Assembly (NCBI RefSeq): GCF_028641065.1
Contig: NC_073387.1
Location: forward strand, 28,830,001-28,894,000
Direction: 5' to 3'
Length of the DNA stretch: 64,000 nucleotides
Origin: Leucoraja erinacea
Lineage: Eukaryota
A model generated the notes under the pieces. That model was not told the DNA's origin, searched no databases, and worked only from the letters and a program-made list of their open reading frames with translations. Shown here one piece after another: positions 45,601-58,906 of the stretch. The position numbers and the translations under genes were made by a program. Each line of letters opens with the position of its first letter. The first letter of the stretch is position 1.

Positions 45601-46939
45601 TCGTGTCATCAAATCGGTCAGGTCATGTGGTATCTTTCAGTGATATTTATTTCCATTAACTGATTTCAAACTGAAATCAAAACCTGTTTAAATATCATTT
45701 TGGTTCATCAGCACTCTTTTCACATTAAGCAAGACTATTCAGTTTTGCCAAGTTTTAAATAATCATTAATTGCTTCAAAACCAGATGTTAAACAATTTAA
45801 AGTAAGTCAAAATTCCGAACCTCACACTGCCAAGTGGATTGTCATCTAGGATAAACATTTTGAAAAAGAGTAACACTGTAACTTGGAAGTAAATTTGGGT
45901 TATTCATTTATCATAATGGATGCTGATTTAAATGATTACAAATGACCCCATTACTTTCGGAAGCAGGATATGGAATGTAAGCATTTGTAATAATAGGACC
46001 AGAATATATATAGAGAAATGTTTTGCTGTTGCTATTCAAAGCCCTGTTCAGGTCACATCTGGAGTACAGTATACAGTTCTAAGCAGTGCACACTGAAAAC
46101 GATATATTTGCCTCAAAGGAAACATAGCCAGGATTCACCAGGAAATTCCCAGGGTTAACATGAGAAAAGAGCGCAAAGGCTTGCCGAGCTTTCTCTCAAA
46201 TATGAAAAGGTTAAGGGATAATTAGAGTGAAGTTTTAGAACATTAAAAAGAACTGACAGGCAATATCAATTGTTTTCAACTGGCAGTAAAGTCTAGGATG
46301 GAAACGTAACCAGGTCATTCAGAGGTTACTTTTACACTAGGGATGGTTGAAATATACAATTCTCTCCAGTTAAAAGCAGCTAACTCAATTAGTGACTTTG
46401 TCTGAGATTTATAGATTTTTGCTAGCCAAGGAAATTAAATGCTATTTTGCTATTAAAGACTGATACTATGTCCCAATCAACTGTGATTACATCAAATGAT
46501 CATTAGTGCTTAAGGCTGAATGGCCAGTTCCCATTCCTGCATTATTAATTTCTGCTCCATGCTTTACAACTGCAGGATTGAGTTTATTCAATGAATTACT
46601 TTAGATTATTTTAATAATTTTAATGGAATTATTATTTGAAGTGCATATTTTTATTTACAATACTTGTCAATCCAACATTTTTATTGACAATACTTGTCAA
46701 TCCAACACCAAAATATGTTTAAATGACAATAAATTCTATTTGATCTGATCTGATCTGATTAAGTTACAGCACACAAATATTCTATTGAAGTGAAGGATAG
46801 GATTCTGCTTTTGTGTATTAATCTATGCTTATAAAATTACATTTTTCAGAGTAGCTTCTTGGCAATCATTATAACTGGTCATACCCTCTACTTACTGACT
46901 CATGTTTATCAAGTAATGAAAAGCCAAGTACAGCAATGG

Positions 46940-48164
46940 GGGGCATTCTGGAGTGCTAGTATGGGTGTTGTGGGCTGAAGGGACTGGTTTCCAGAGGGCT
47001 AGTATGGACTGTGGGCTGAATGGATTCTTGGGGTGGTGGCTCAGTCACTCAAGCCTGTTGTGCTGGCAGCTCACTCACTCACGGCTGGTGGGCTGGCAAT
47101 TGACTCACGGCTATTCCTTGAAATTCCATTTCATGCAGGGTGCAAGGCCACCAAATTCAAGTGCAGTTTCTTACCACTTCAAGCAGGGTGCAAGGCCACC
47201 AAATTCAAGTGCAGTTTCATACAATTTCAAGCAGGATGCAAGACCACTAAAGACAGCGAGTCATGACCTCTCCCTCCTCCATCTTGCAGAGACTGAGCCA
47301 TGCCCACACTTCTGTGTTTTATCATCCCTCCCTCTCTCCCACCAGAAGGGTCATGGCCTTCATGGTATGATTGACAGGAGAGAGAATCTCACCAGTTTTT
47401 AAACACTAATAACTCTTTTACTTTTCATCGATGGGAAAAATCCTTGGCACCTGATGAGCGGAGGGGGACTCTGAGTAAGGTGGCCACAAATCACAGCCGT
47501 ATGTGGTAGCATTTTTTCTAAAATCAATATAAGGTGCAAACAGGAAGTGATCAAGATTAGACTTTTAATTATATAGAAGTCAAGGCAACTTTAATTAGGC
47601 AAGGCAACTTGAATTAGGCAAGGCAACTTTAATTAGGCAAAACACAGCTTTAGCATTTCCAAACCAAAGGCAACACAGCTTTAGCGTTTCCAAACCAAAG
47701 GCAACACAGCTTTCACATTTCCAAACTAAAGGCAACACAGCTTTCACATTTCCAAACTAAAGGCAACACAGCTTTAGCATTCCCCAAACTATATTTTCAA
47801 ACCACATTAAGGGCACTAACAGGTCAGTAAAACCACTCACAGTTTAGTAGACATGTGCTCAGTGTTATTCACAGCTCAGACTGAGAGACGTGACCCTCTC
47901 ACTCCCCCATCTTGCAGAGACTGACTGAGGCACTCAACACTTCCGGGTTTTATAGTGGCCTTCAGGAGAGAGAATCTCAACATTTTTTAAACACTAATAA
48001 CTTTATTTTTTCATCAATGGGAAAAATCCTCTTGTCCTGTGCAGCGGAGGGGGGACTCTGAGTAAGGTGGCCAAAAATCACAGCCGTAAGTGGCAGCGTT
48101 TTTTTCTAAAATCACTATACAGAACAACAGGAAGTGGTCAAGATCAGACTTTTATTAATATAGA
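46940..48164 (-). mobile_element. Non-autonomous Helitron-like element with two 5' termini and internal minisatellites
   Basis: Minus-strand TCTATATTAATAAAAG at 48164 and TCTATATAATTAAAAG at 47577, each heading a related roughly 300-bp block. Homologous to the CTAG-ending piece at 1-225. Confidence 0.6.
47580..47785 (+). repeat. 18-bp x3 and 31-bp x5 tandem repeats
   Basis: AGGCAACTTTAATTAGGC units and AACACAGCTTTAGCATTTCCAAACCAAAGGC units. Confidence 0.85.
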
Positions 48165-48423
48165 CAATGCAGGCTATGGGAATGTGGGATAATTGGGCCC
48201 TAAACAAACAGGTTTCTACAGATGATGGGTTAAACCGAAGATGGACATAGAAATCTGGCGTAACTCAGCGGCTTAAACAGCATCTCTGGAGAAAAGGAAT
48301 AGTTGACGTTTTGTGTCGAGACCCTTCTTCAGATACTTCATTGCTTGATTGCACATGTACATAATCCAGAAATTGCCATTTCATTATGTATTTCAGAAGA
48401 ACAAACACCCATGTCACCGATAG

Positions 48424-49392
48424 ATGTGGCGGCGCTGTTAACAGCTGCGGCTCGCCTGCAGTCCGTCTGTCTTTACTTTTTTCTGTTGTTTTTTTTGTCT
48501 TGTTTTGGTTAAGTTTTAGTTTGTTGGGTTGTGTTAGAGGGGGTGAAACATGTGCTCTGTCTCTTCCTTCAGGGGAATGCGACTTTTTCGTGTCGCATCC
48601 CCCTTCTCTGCCTCAGTCTGTGCTGAGGCCTAATGGCGGAGCTGGCGGCCTCCAACCTGCGACCGACCCCGAAACTCCGGAGGCAGAGCCAGCCAGGACT
48701 TACCAACGAGAGGCTGGCCGTCTTCGGGGCTAAGGCAGCGGTGGCCCGACTTGCTGGTGCGGCGTTCTGGCTTTCAGCGGCGGCCTGGAGCTGATGCAGT
48801 GGGGCTCGGAGCTGAGACTGCAGGACCCAGAGCTGGGGCAGCGGCCTGGAGCTGGGGCAGCGGCCCGGAGCGGAGACTGCGGGACCTGGAGCGGAGACTG
48901 CGGGACCCGGAGCTGGGGCGGCGGCCCGGAGCTGGGGCGGCACTGCGGGCCCGGAGCTGGGGCGGCGGCCCGGAGCGGAGACTGCGGGACCCGGAGCTGG
49001 GGCGGCGGCCTGGAGCGGAGACTGCGGGACCTGGAGCTGAGGCGGCGGCCTGGAGTGGGGGCGGTGGCCCGGAGCTGGGGCGGCGGCCCGGAGCTGGTGC
49101 TGTGGCGGGCCATCTCGGAGCGGCGACGGCGTTCCGGCTTTCAGCGGCAGCAACATCACCACGGAGGTCCGCTGGACTGGAGACCGGCATCTTCGGCCTG
49201 GATCGATCGCCTCAGCGCAGAGGGAGAACAAGGAGGGAAGAGATGGAGACTAAGACTTTGCCTCCATCACAGTGAGGATGTGCTTGGTGAACTCACTGTG
49301 GTGGTTGTTTAATTTGTGTTTATTGTATGTTTTGTTATTATTGATTCTGTGTATGACTGCAGGCAACATAATTTCGTTCCGACCGAAAGGTC
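48424..49392 (+). mobile_element. GC-rich non-autonomous retroposon with internal minisatellite (about 48780-49100)
   Basis: Head, T-rich linker and hairpin as in 22283-23210. GGAGCTGGGGCGGCGGCCC and GGAGCGGAGACTGCGGGACCC units. Runs into the assembly gap. Confidence 0.65.
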
Positions 49393-49534
49393 NNNNNNNN
49401 NNNNNNNNNNNNNNNNNNNNNNNNNNNNNNNNNNNNNNNNNNNNNNNNNNNNNNNNNNNNNNNNNNNNNNNNNNNNNNNNNNNNNNNNNNNNNNNNNNNN
49501 NNNNNNNNNNNNNNNNNNNNNNNNNNNNNNNNNN
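49393..49534. other. Assembly gap
   Basis: Run of N. Confidence 1.
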
Positions 49535-50528
49535 TTTTTTAAATTGCGAGACAATCTCATAATTATATAAAAATAAAACGCGACTTTCAACGCCTACAAC
49601 GTGATGGAACAAAACACGGTGTAGTCGTTTATTTTACATATAAACTTGCTTCTTGGGATGACTTTAATCAATCAATTATATTTTGCGTGGATGGTTCTAG
49701 ATTAATTTATGGGAATTAAGCATTAAATTCCTTCCATCTGGGATATAAATTCATGACAGTGAGATTTAAAAATCATGTTATATTGTGAATTCTTGTATGA
49801 ATGGGATTAGTTTGTTATTTGGATACTTAGGCTATTTAAAAAAAAAATCCTTATCTTTAGAAATGGAATCTACATGACATTGAGGAAAAACAAGGTGCAC
49901 AGAGTTGCTTATTGGTTACAATCTGAGGAGTATGATGATGCTACCGATTATGATATGTCAATGTACCAGCTAGCAACTGATCTTCTCCATAAAGACTTGG
50001 TCTATTGCTAGAAATTGTAACTTATTTACCTATCTGTTACGGATTTACAGCATATAAAACAATAATATTAAAGTTCTGATCTTGAGAATATCACATTTTT
50101 GAATTTTCTAGGCAGTCTGGGTGTTTATTACTATTTCTGTCACAACGGTCAATTTTGTAATTACAATTAGGTCATTAACTAATTATATGCTTTAATTTCA
50201 GGTCATCTAAGTAAGATTCATCTAAGTTTGATATTTGTTTCAGAATGCTTCAATCTATAGTAACTGAAAATTTCATTCAGTTCTCTTGATTTTTAAGAAA
50301 GTTATGGGCTTTTGACTGTCCTTGATCACAGCTTTTGTATTAAGTCAATGGAAAAGCAATAGGGAACAAGATGCTATTTTCTAAGTATGAAAATGGCCAT
50401 AACATTTTTAATACTGAAGATATGAAAGTGAATTAGGTGTCAAATTAAACTTCTTTTTATGCTTTATGTGATGGGATAAATTGCAGACTTGATTTTTAAA
50501 ATCTCAAAATTTTGGAACATTGATACAT
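49535..50528. mobile_element. DNA transposon related to 25922-26964 (right part)
   Basis: Shared TAAATTCCTTCCAT...GATATGAAAGTGAATTAGGTGTCAAATTAAACTTCTTTTTATGC...CTCAAAATTTT, with an extra internal segment. Confidence 0.75.
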
Positions 50529-50649
50529 TGTTCGAGAAGGGGGATGAGGGCTAAAAGTGGATAACTATAGACTATAGATAACTATAGATAACAAGTGTTC
50601 GCAAGGTGCTGGAGTGCATAATCAATGAAGAAATAGTCATTATTTAGAA

Positions 50650-51290
50650 AAGCTTACGGGCAGCATCTCTGGAGAGAAGGAACGTAAATGCTGTGTGAAG
50701 AAGGCTCTCGACCCGAAACGCCACCCGTTCCTTCTCTCCAGAGATGTGGCCTCTCTCTCTCTCTCTCTCTCTCTCCCTCCCTCCCTCACTCTCACACAGG
50801 CATGAATGGAGGAACTCCGCGGGCCAGACAGCATTTACGGAGGGAAATGGACAGACGACCCATTCTTCAGGCTGCCTTATGTCCCCCCCCCCCCCCAAAA
50901 CTCCCACCCACTCCCACCCACACACGCGAATGCTGCAGAAACTCAGCGGGTGCAGCAGCATCTATGGAACGAAGGAAATAGACAATGTTTCGCCCCGCTG
51001 CACCCGCTGAGTTTCTCCAGCATTCGCGTGTGTGGGTGGGAGTTGGGGTGAGGGGGGGGGGGGGGGNNNNNNNNNNNNNNNNNNNNNNNNNNNNNNNNNN
51101 NNNNNNNNNNNNNNNNNNNNNNNNNNNNNNNNNNNNNNNNNNNNNNNNNNNNNNNNNNNNNNNNNNNNNNNNNNNNNNNNNNNNNNNNNNNNNNNNNNNN
51201 NNNNNNNNNNNNTTGAAGACAGACACCAGTTGCTTGGAGCAACTCAGCGGGACAGGCAGCATCTCTGGAGAGAAAGAACACGGTCAATGT
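50650..51290. mobile_element. Cluster of inverted PLE terminal fragments around a gap
   Basis: GCAGCATCTCTGGAGAGAAGGAAC and GTTCCTTCTCTCCAGAGATG are inverted. 50905-50955 is inverted relative to 50995-51045. Confidence 0.65.
51067..51212. other. Assembly gap
   Basis: Run of N after poly-G. Confidence 1.
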
Positions 51291-51699
51291 GAGACACAGT
51301 CTTTATTCATATTTGACAAAATAAAAAGACGACTTCTTGCACATATTGAGAGAAGGTGCATCACACCAAACAACATTTGTCTAAAAAAACACAGATTATT
51401 CTTCAGCTCATTAAAGAGCTCGGGTGAAAAAAACGAATAGAGTGTGTGACAACAAAGTAACATCATTTGTGCCACGTGATTAACTACACTACAGTCCACG
51501 ATGTTGATTCGGGAAAGATCGGGAGACGGACAAGTCACTCGCACAAATGACAGAATTGCCGAGTACCGTGGGAACTCTTTACTCTACCCCCGTTATATCG
51601 TGTGATATCGTGCTAGACCACGACCACTCCACTCTGGCTACATCTTGCGTCAAGTCGCCCCGTGAAAACTAGCCTTTATTGCACAGAAGCCAGAGAGTC

Positions 51700-52710
51700 A
51701 GACTAATTGGGTATTTTCAGGCTGGAAGGATGTAACTGGTGGAGTAGCCAAGGATCATTTCTTGTCCTTCAATTATTTACAAGTTATGTCATTGACCTAA
51801 AAAGAAGGCAGACTTATAGGTATCCAAGTATTCTGAAGGTATGAAAATAGGTGGGTTGGCCATGTTGCAATTAGGGTATTGGAACTGCAAGAGAAAACAG
51901 TCAGGTTGAATGGGTGGGTAAAACAGGCAAAAAACTGTTTCATTTAGAAAAATATGAGATCATGCAGTTCGGTAAGAGGATTCAAAAGGCAGACTGGAGA
52001 ATGATTGCAGAAGGGTATTGCGTTCTTGTGTATGAATTGCAAAAAGTTAGGAAGCAGATGCAGATGCAAATGACACTTGCACTTTATCGCAAGAAGGTTG
52101 GACCTGAGAAATAATAAAGTATTGTACAACTGTGAAGCTACCCTTGGAGTACTAAGCATTCTTTTGTTTCCTTTGTATAAAGGAAATATATTTTGTGTAT
52201 ACAGTATACACAAGATGTATAAATTTGGAAGCAATTCAGAAGAAAATCATTTGAGTGATTGCTGGAATGTGAGAGCTGTCCAATCACAAGCAGCACAAAC
52301 ACTGAGAAATAGTTTTTTAGAGTTTAGAGAATTATGAATTCATTGAACCATATAATACCTAAAGAAGTTATGATCACGACATTGAAACACTTCCAGCAAT
52401 GGGGTAACTCAAACAAGGGTGCATAATTACAAGATTAGTGGACAATTATTTAAAACAGGGATGTGTAAGAATCTCGTGCGTGGGATGGCTAATCTCTGTA
52501 ATTATCTATCCCAAAGGTTTTGGGAAGCTAGTTAATTGAGGGTAATTAAATAGGAAATATTTATTTGAAATAACAAGGAATTGAGGGGAACACCATGGAA
52601 GTGGAGATGGGGTATGGGACAGGTCAACACTGATGAAATTGAATGGTGGGCATGCTTGAGGGCCCTGCAGTCCATTCTGGTCTTACTTTCTTCTGATCTT
52701 ATGTTCTTGG
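51700..52710 (+). mobile_element. Highly degenerate CR1 LINE
   Basis: TTTTCAGGCTGGAAGGATGTAACTGGTGGAGT (RT region), EKYEIMQFGKR, and a CR1-like 3' UTR. Confidence 0.55.
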
Positions 52711-53825
52711 GTACATTAATGGCTCTTAAATATACCAACCAAGGCAATCATTTTAGGGAATATAATCAGTAATATGGGTTATTGGCCCAGGAGGTGATAT
52801 AAAAGTTTACAGTTAGATTTACAGAACAACATATGCAAAAATGTTCTTGCTTCCAGTCAGATTTGATGGGATAAGCAGCGGCTAGAGCTCAGCCCCTACA
52901 GAATGGCGGTGGTGGGGGATAGAGGAGAGAAGCAGTGTTGGTGAGTGGGCAGGGAGCTCATCTCCCGTGCCCTAAAAGATGCCCTGGATGTTTCACGTTT
53001 GGCTCCAACCCAGTGCATGGGGTTGCACTATGAGGCGAGGGATGGTACATTTGCAGTCAACGTGTCCGGATCGATGTATTGGTGGAGTGGACCACTGGAG
53101 GCCCTGCAGCAGCCTGGAGCTCAATTGGATCGGGCACCTCTCCAAGAGGCAGAGCGTGCGGATCAAATGTTCTGCAGCGGCACGGAACGATGAACAAAAC
53201 TTCCCCTGCAACTCTGACCGAGTGCCTCTGCCAGGACAAGAGACATTTAAAGTCAAATAAAGATTCCATACTTTAACAATTTGGAAATTTGAAGAATGAA
53301 AGGTGACACTGGAAATATGACATATCTTGTGTACTGCCTCAGTGTAACCTGCTATTGTTACACTCATGTTCTTAAGTATGATTGTGTTTATGTACAGTAA
53401 GATTTTTACTGAGCTGTATTCAAAAGAGGAGTTTCTTGGGTACATGTGACATCAAAGTACCACTGAACCATTGAAAGTTGAACAATTTGTACAAAACTGT
53501 AACAATAACATCACAGCATATTTTTTTTATTCAAAGCATTATCAGTTAAGAATAAAATTACAGAAACCTACCATTTTTCAATAGTAACAGCAATAATATA
53601 AAGTGCACTCTTAGTTAACTTTCAGCTTGCATTACACCTTAGATAAATGATCAGAAGTGCATGAATATTTATTGTGAAATTTGATGGAAGGTTTGTATGT
53701 GTTTTTCTAATCCTGCTGAAAGTTTTAAATTGACAAAAATAAATGAGCTACAGTATTCAATCTGATTATACCTCTAAACTATCAACATGAATTAATCCCA
53801 ATGAGAAGCAGTTAACTCTGTAATG

Positions 53826-54245
53826 AAGGTACACAAAAATGCTGGAGAAACTCAGCGGGTGCGTTGAGGGGCGGAATATGAGGTGCTGTTCCTCCAATTT
53901 CCGGTTCCACAACACTGGAAATTGGAGGAACAGCACTTCATATTCCGCCGGGATAGCCTGGGGCCGGCGGGCATGAACATTGAATTCTCCCAATTTTGCT
54001 AGCCCTTGCTGCCTCCTCCCCTTCCTTAACCCTCGAGCTGTCTCCTCCCATCCCCCCCCCCTCGGGCTCCTCCTCCTCCCCTTTTTCATCCCTTCTCCCC
54101 CCCCCCACCCCCTATCAGTCTGAAAAAGGGTTTCGACCCGAAACGTTGCCTATTTCCTTCGCTCCATAGATGCTGCCTCACCCGCTGAGTTTCTCCAGCA
54201 TTTTTGTCCACCTTCTGTTTTCCAGCATCTGCAGTTCCTTCGTGA
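53826..54245 (+). mobile_element. PLE 3' end with inverted 5' fragments
   Basis: Inverted copies of RKLEEQHLIFR and of the terminal repeat. CTGAAAAAGGGTTTCGACCCGAAACGTT at about 54120. Confidence 0.8.
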
Positions 54246-57019
54246 AAATTCTGTAATGAAGTTGCTTTTAAAGCCAATCAGTGAACCAGAAAGATTAAAG
54301 ATGAGATTAAAATTTTATTAATAATTTGTTTTCCATCATACTTTGTAATGATCTTCTAAGTGACATAATCAGCTAAGATTCCAGAAATGGAAGGCAAATA
54401 CATCAACATTTTGAGTAATTTGAAACAAGCCAGTTTTGTTATAGTTTATTTTTTCAACGAGTTACTGAGCTGAATAGTATTGCCTCACTATTCTAAATAT
54501 TATTTTCATTTTTCATTATCATGACTCCAAATAAATGTACAAGATATCATTCACAACATACTTTTTGCTATATGGTTATGATTGAAAAGTTATTTGTTTT
54601 ATGTTCTGAACAATTTTAACCAGATTCAGGAATTAAATAACCTTTACCTTTTAAAAAAAAAGTAAATAAAAACTAAACCAGTTATTGAATAAAATGGAAA
54701 AAAACATACAATTAATGAAAGTAATTTAAATGTTAATTTAGTGTTTCATATTAATCACCATTATTTTTATTACATTAATACATACTGAATGACAGTTTAT
54801 TAGCAACAGGAAATTATCAGTTATGAATTACATAGCAATTTCCACATTTTTACATATTTATTGGGAGAAAGCAGAATGGGATATTGATTTTGGATGATCG
54901 GCCATGATCATATTGAATGGAAGTGCGGGCTTGAAGGGTCGAATGGCCTATTCCTGCACCTATTTTCTATGTTTTCTATGTTTCTATTATTGTGGATGAA
55001 TCGATCATGGATGCATTTTACAAATAGATCTAAGTAGATCAAGTGCAAGGTTGACGTTTAGTTAATAAATTGTAGGAATATTACTTTAAATGGACATGCT
55101 CTTTCTTTATACATATCTGTGACATTTTTACTGTCCATCTGTTCTCTCCTATATAACCGCAAATAGCACACAAGGTCAAGTTATGGAGTTGTTCATGGAT
55201 GCTACTCCATGCTAGTTCATTGTTAACTGATGGGATTGCCATGAGTATGACAAGGGAGATTTGATTCAGTAATAAATTATAATAAATGCTGCCATGCTAT
55301 GGTTCTTTACCCAGAGAATAATTTACAAAACATGAAATATTCTGACATGTGGAGAAGGTACACAAATGATGTGGGAAAGCTGGACTAGTAAATTAGGGAG
55401 AAAGAACATGTTGAAAGGATTAGGTGAGCGTGGGGAGAGGAGGCTCCGGTGGAATATAAACTAGTCAGGCTCAATGGACTGTTTCTGAGCAGCAGTTACC
55501 ATGTAATTTTATTGTAGAATACTACTGAGAGCCATTAAACTCACCTAAAAGAAAAACAAACTTTGGCCATCCCCAAGTAAGGAATGTCATCTGTTTATAT
55601 AGGCTTCCAGTCAGACTCTGAAAGGTGATTTTGCCTTTGAGTCGAAAATACACGAAAGGGTTACCATACCTCCACAGTGTTTTAGTGAATGACAATAAAA
55701 GTGTAAATGATTGATAAGAAAGAAAAAAATACTTAATGAGAGAAAATATTACTCTGCCATTCTTAGGAATGAACATATATACATTTGTCAGACTTGAATT
55801 TAATAATATAAGTGTGCTCATGTGCGTCCATAAATTGGGCATACATAAACCAGGGACAGCCTGCAAACAACATTATTAGTTAGGTATTAATTTCATTTTG
55901 CTCTTCAAAGCCCCATAATCCAATCATTGTTATTATTTGAATATTCCACTCATAATTCAGAGAGACATAACACAAATTGTTAGCTGGACAAGGTTCCATT
56001 GAACATTAACCCCAATGATGGTTAAATTAGCACCTCCCACATATCCAGGTTGGGTTGTAAAATATGATAAAGTACCCAAAATAATCTGTGATTGAGGGAC
56101 CAACTGCAGAATGGTGGAAGTTAATCCAGTTACATATTTACAAATTATCTCTCAGTATTTCTTGGATACATGCATTTTGAAGTCAATTGTTTCAATCTGA
56201 CTTTTGTCTATGAAAGTACATGCTCATTGACAATGTGTTCTGATTCATATTCATATCCATATTCTAATCAATGAAATTTGAAAAGCTACAGATTGCTCTC
56301 AGGTGGAAAATTGAATTGCAGGTGAATTCAATTATCATTGCTCATAAATGGCACATGTTCCATGTATCATTATTATTGATTTCCCTTCTGATGAAATGAC
56401 ATTTATATGCTTCAGCATTTAAGTGGGAGGATTTTTTTCTCTGTTGACTTTCTGTTTGGAATTAAGTCTACATCAGTTAATTTCAAAACAGTAGACTGCT
56501 GTGCCTTTGATGCCTGTCATCAGTTGACAAGGAGGTCCAGCAAAGTCACTAATGTTCTATTTCACAGGAAATGTTATGAAGAAATAGCACTGCACATTTT
56601 GCCTATGTGCTACTCTTTCTGTTGTACTTGAGAACATTCTGATTCTCCCACCTAAAATGTTACATGGATGTGTCAACTAAACCAGAAATCCTTGAACTGG
56701 CAGTCAGGCATCAATATCATCAGGGTTATGTGTTTATGGTAAAGTTGCAGAATGTTTTCCCCTTTTAATGATTTAATGAAGGGAGCATATCAAATTCCGG
56801 TTAACCATTAGTATCAGGGAATGCCCACAAATAATTATCTCTTCAGTCAAACAAGCATTGTCTGTTTTTTTTTAAGATGGATTGGAGCTAACACTTAAAA
56901 TCAGACAGTACATACAGTCTGCTCAACATGCATTTGAACTTTAAAGGGATAAAGATCAATTTCTTAGTTTCAAATAAAATTCTGCATTGTTGCATATTCC
57001 TCACATGTATGATGCAATG

Positions 57020-57130
57020 AAGAAGGAGTAGGTGACAGTCTGAAGAAGGGTCTCGACCCAAAACGTCACCCATTCCTTCTCTGCAGAGATGTTGCCTGTC
57101 CCGCTGAGTTACTCCAGCATTTTGTGTCTT
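57020..57130 (+). mobile_element. PLE terminal fragment with short inverted 5' piece
   Basis: GAAGGAGTAGGTGAC is inverted to GTCACCCATTCCTTC around CTGAAGAAGGGTCTCGACCCAAAACGTC. Confidence 0.7.
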
Positions 57131-58067
57131 CAGTGATTATTTATATCTCCAAACTCAATGCACAATTTCCCCAAGAAAGACAATGCTTCCAATATCTCAG
57201 TAGAGGTGGCAGAGGTAATGGAAAAGGTGAAAGTTGATGATTAAGAGCTGATATGTCATACTTTGCCTAATGAAGGACCTGATTCCCAAGTAAGTTACGA
57301 CTTTTTTTAAAGCGCTACCTTTAAGAACATTAGATTAAAAGATTATTACGACACAGGCAGGGAGGAAGACGCTATACAACATGTTGTGGATGAAAGAATG
57401 AGGTTCAATGAAAGGTTGGAAGGGATATTAAATGAATCATTTTTTCTGATTGCTGGTTGAGGCAGAAGAGGGATCCTGAGGAATTAGGATTGGTAAATAG
57501 TGTGTACATTTCAGCTTTGGTATAGTGAGCATCAAAGCATGAGATAGCATGTCTCATGGATTGTCATGTAATACAATCAGATAAAATGATTATAACTGAA
57601 GGGGTTAATTACAATTTTTGTTGTGCAGCAACATTATGGGTTAGACTTTGTAGAGTTAAGAGACAGCTCTGATTTTAGAATTGCTTAAAAAAACTTAAAC
57701 TGGTATGTGTACACATTCCTCAAAAGAGCAACATGTTTTGATGAATGTAGACAGATTGCTCAAATTTGCAACTGTGTTTTTGTTAGCTGTTGATTTTTTG
57801 AGTGAAATCACGACATCGTAATTATCGTGATATCTGCTGAAAACAGTTTAGAGGCCAAGACAAATATAATGTGAACTGAAAATTGAGTCCATCTTGAAAT
57901 GTTGATAGGGCCATGTTTTATTGGATGAATGCAGCAATCCACTTGTCAATAATCTGGACAATTCATTTTTTGCTGGGATAATGTTCTGACCAAAATTAAA
58001 TAACCATATCAAATAATCCTGGCAGTAATATATAATTTAAGACTAATACCAGATCAGTTACGGTTAT

Positions 58068-58262
58068 AACAATACAATACAATCAGTTTTATTCGTCACA
58101 TTGCACATAAAGTGCAAGTGAAATGATTTTGCCAGCAACTATACAATGAAAAATAACACACAAAACACACTAAAAATTTAACACAAACATCCACCACAGC
58201 ATTCATCACCGTGGTGGAAGGCACAAAAATTGGCCAGTCCTCCATTTTCCCCAGTCCTCCTC
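58068..58262 (-). mobile_element. 3' end of the hairpin/Rex-tail retroposon family
   Basis: Reverse complement of about 23030-23210, with (ATTGT)n tail. Confidence 0.7.
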
Positions 58263-58906
58263 CATTAACTAATGAACAGAAGACAGAGGATAGGAATAGA
58301 CATGTTTTATTTAGGTCATGAAGCCGTAAACTGTGGTGCTTCAGCGATTGGTGCTGTGGACCCAGCTGTTCAAAATCTGGATCAATGTTTTGGATAAGAC
58401 CAAGTTTATTATATTCAGTTTGGCTGGTGATATAAAGTTGGGTGGAAGTGAGCTGAGGGGAAGATCCAAAGAGACCTAGCGGTGTAGGCAGGCTGTACGA
58501 ATGGGTGATAACTTGGCTGGTGAAATGTTAAGAAAGGTCTCGACCCGAAACATCACCCATTACACTCTCTCCAGAGATGCTACCTGTCCCGCTAAGTTAC
58601 TCCAGCTTTTTGTGTCTATCTTTAGTGCAATGTTATGTGGGCTCACCTATCATGGTAGAAAACTATCAGGCCACTGAACTCCACGAACTCCAACTAAACT
58701 TGAACTATGAACTGCCTTGGTTGCACTTGCGACTTCGGGCTTTGTTTTGTTCTTTGGTCGATATGATTTATTAAAATTTATTTATTGACCTTTTTTTAAT
58801 GTATGTTTATTATATTATCTATTGAGTATTGCGTTTAAAACCTGTTGTGCTGCTGCAAGTAAGAATGTCATTGTCCCATTCCAGTACATATGACAATAAA
58901 ACAATC

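Noticed and set aside
48569-49312. Several long overlapping Ala/Pro/Gly-rich ORFs
   Set aside because: Stop-poor GC-rich minisatellite inside a retroposon.
49250-51440. ORFs containing X runs
   Set aside because: Artefacts of translating assembly gaps.
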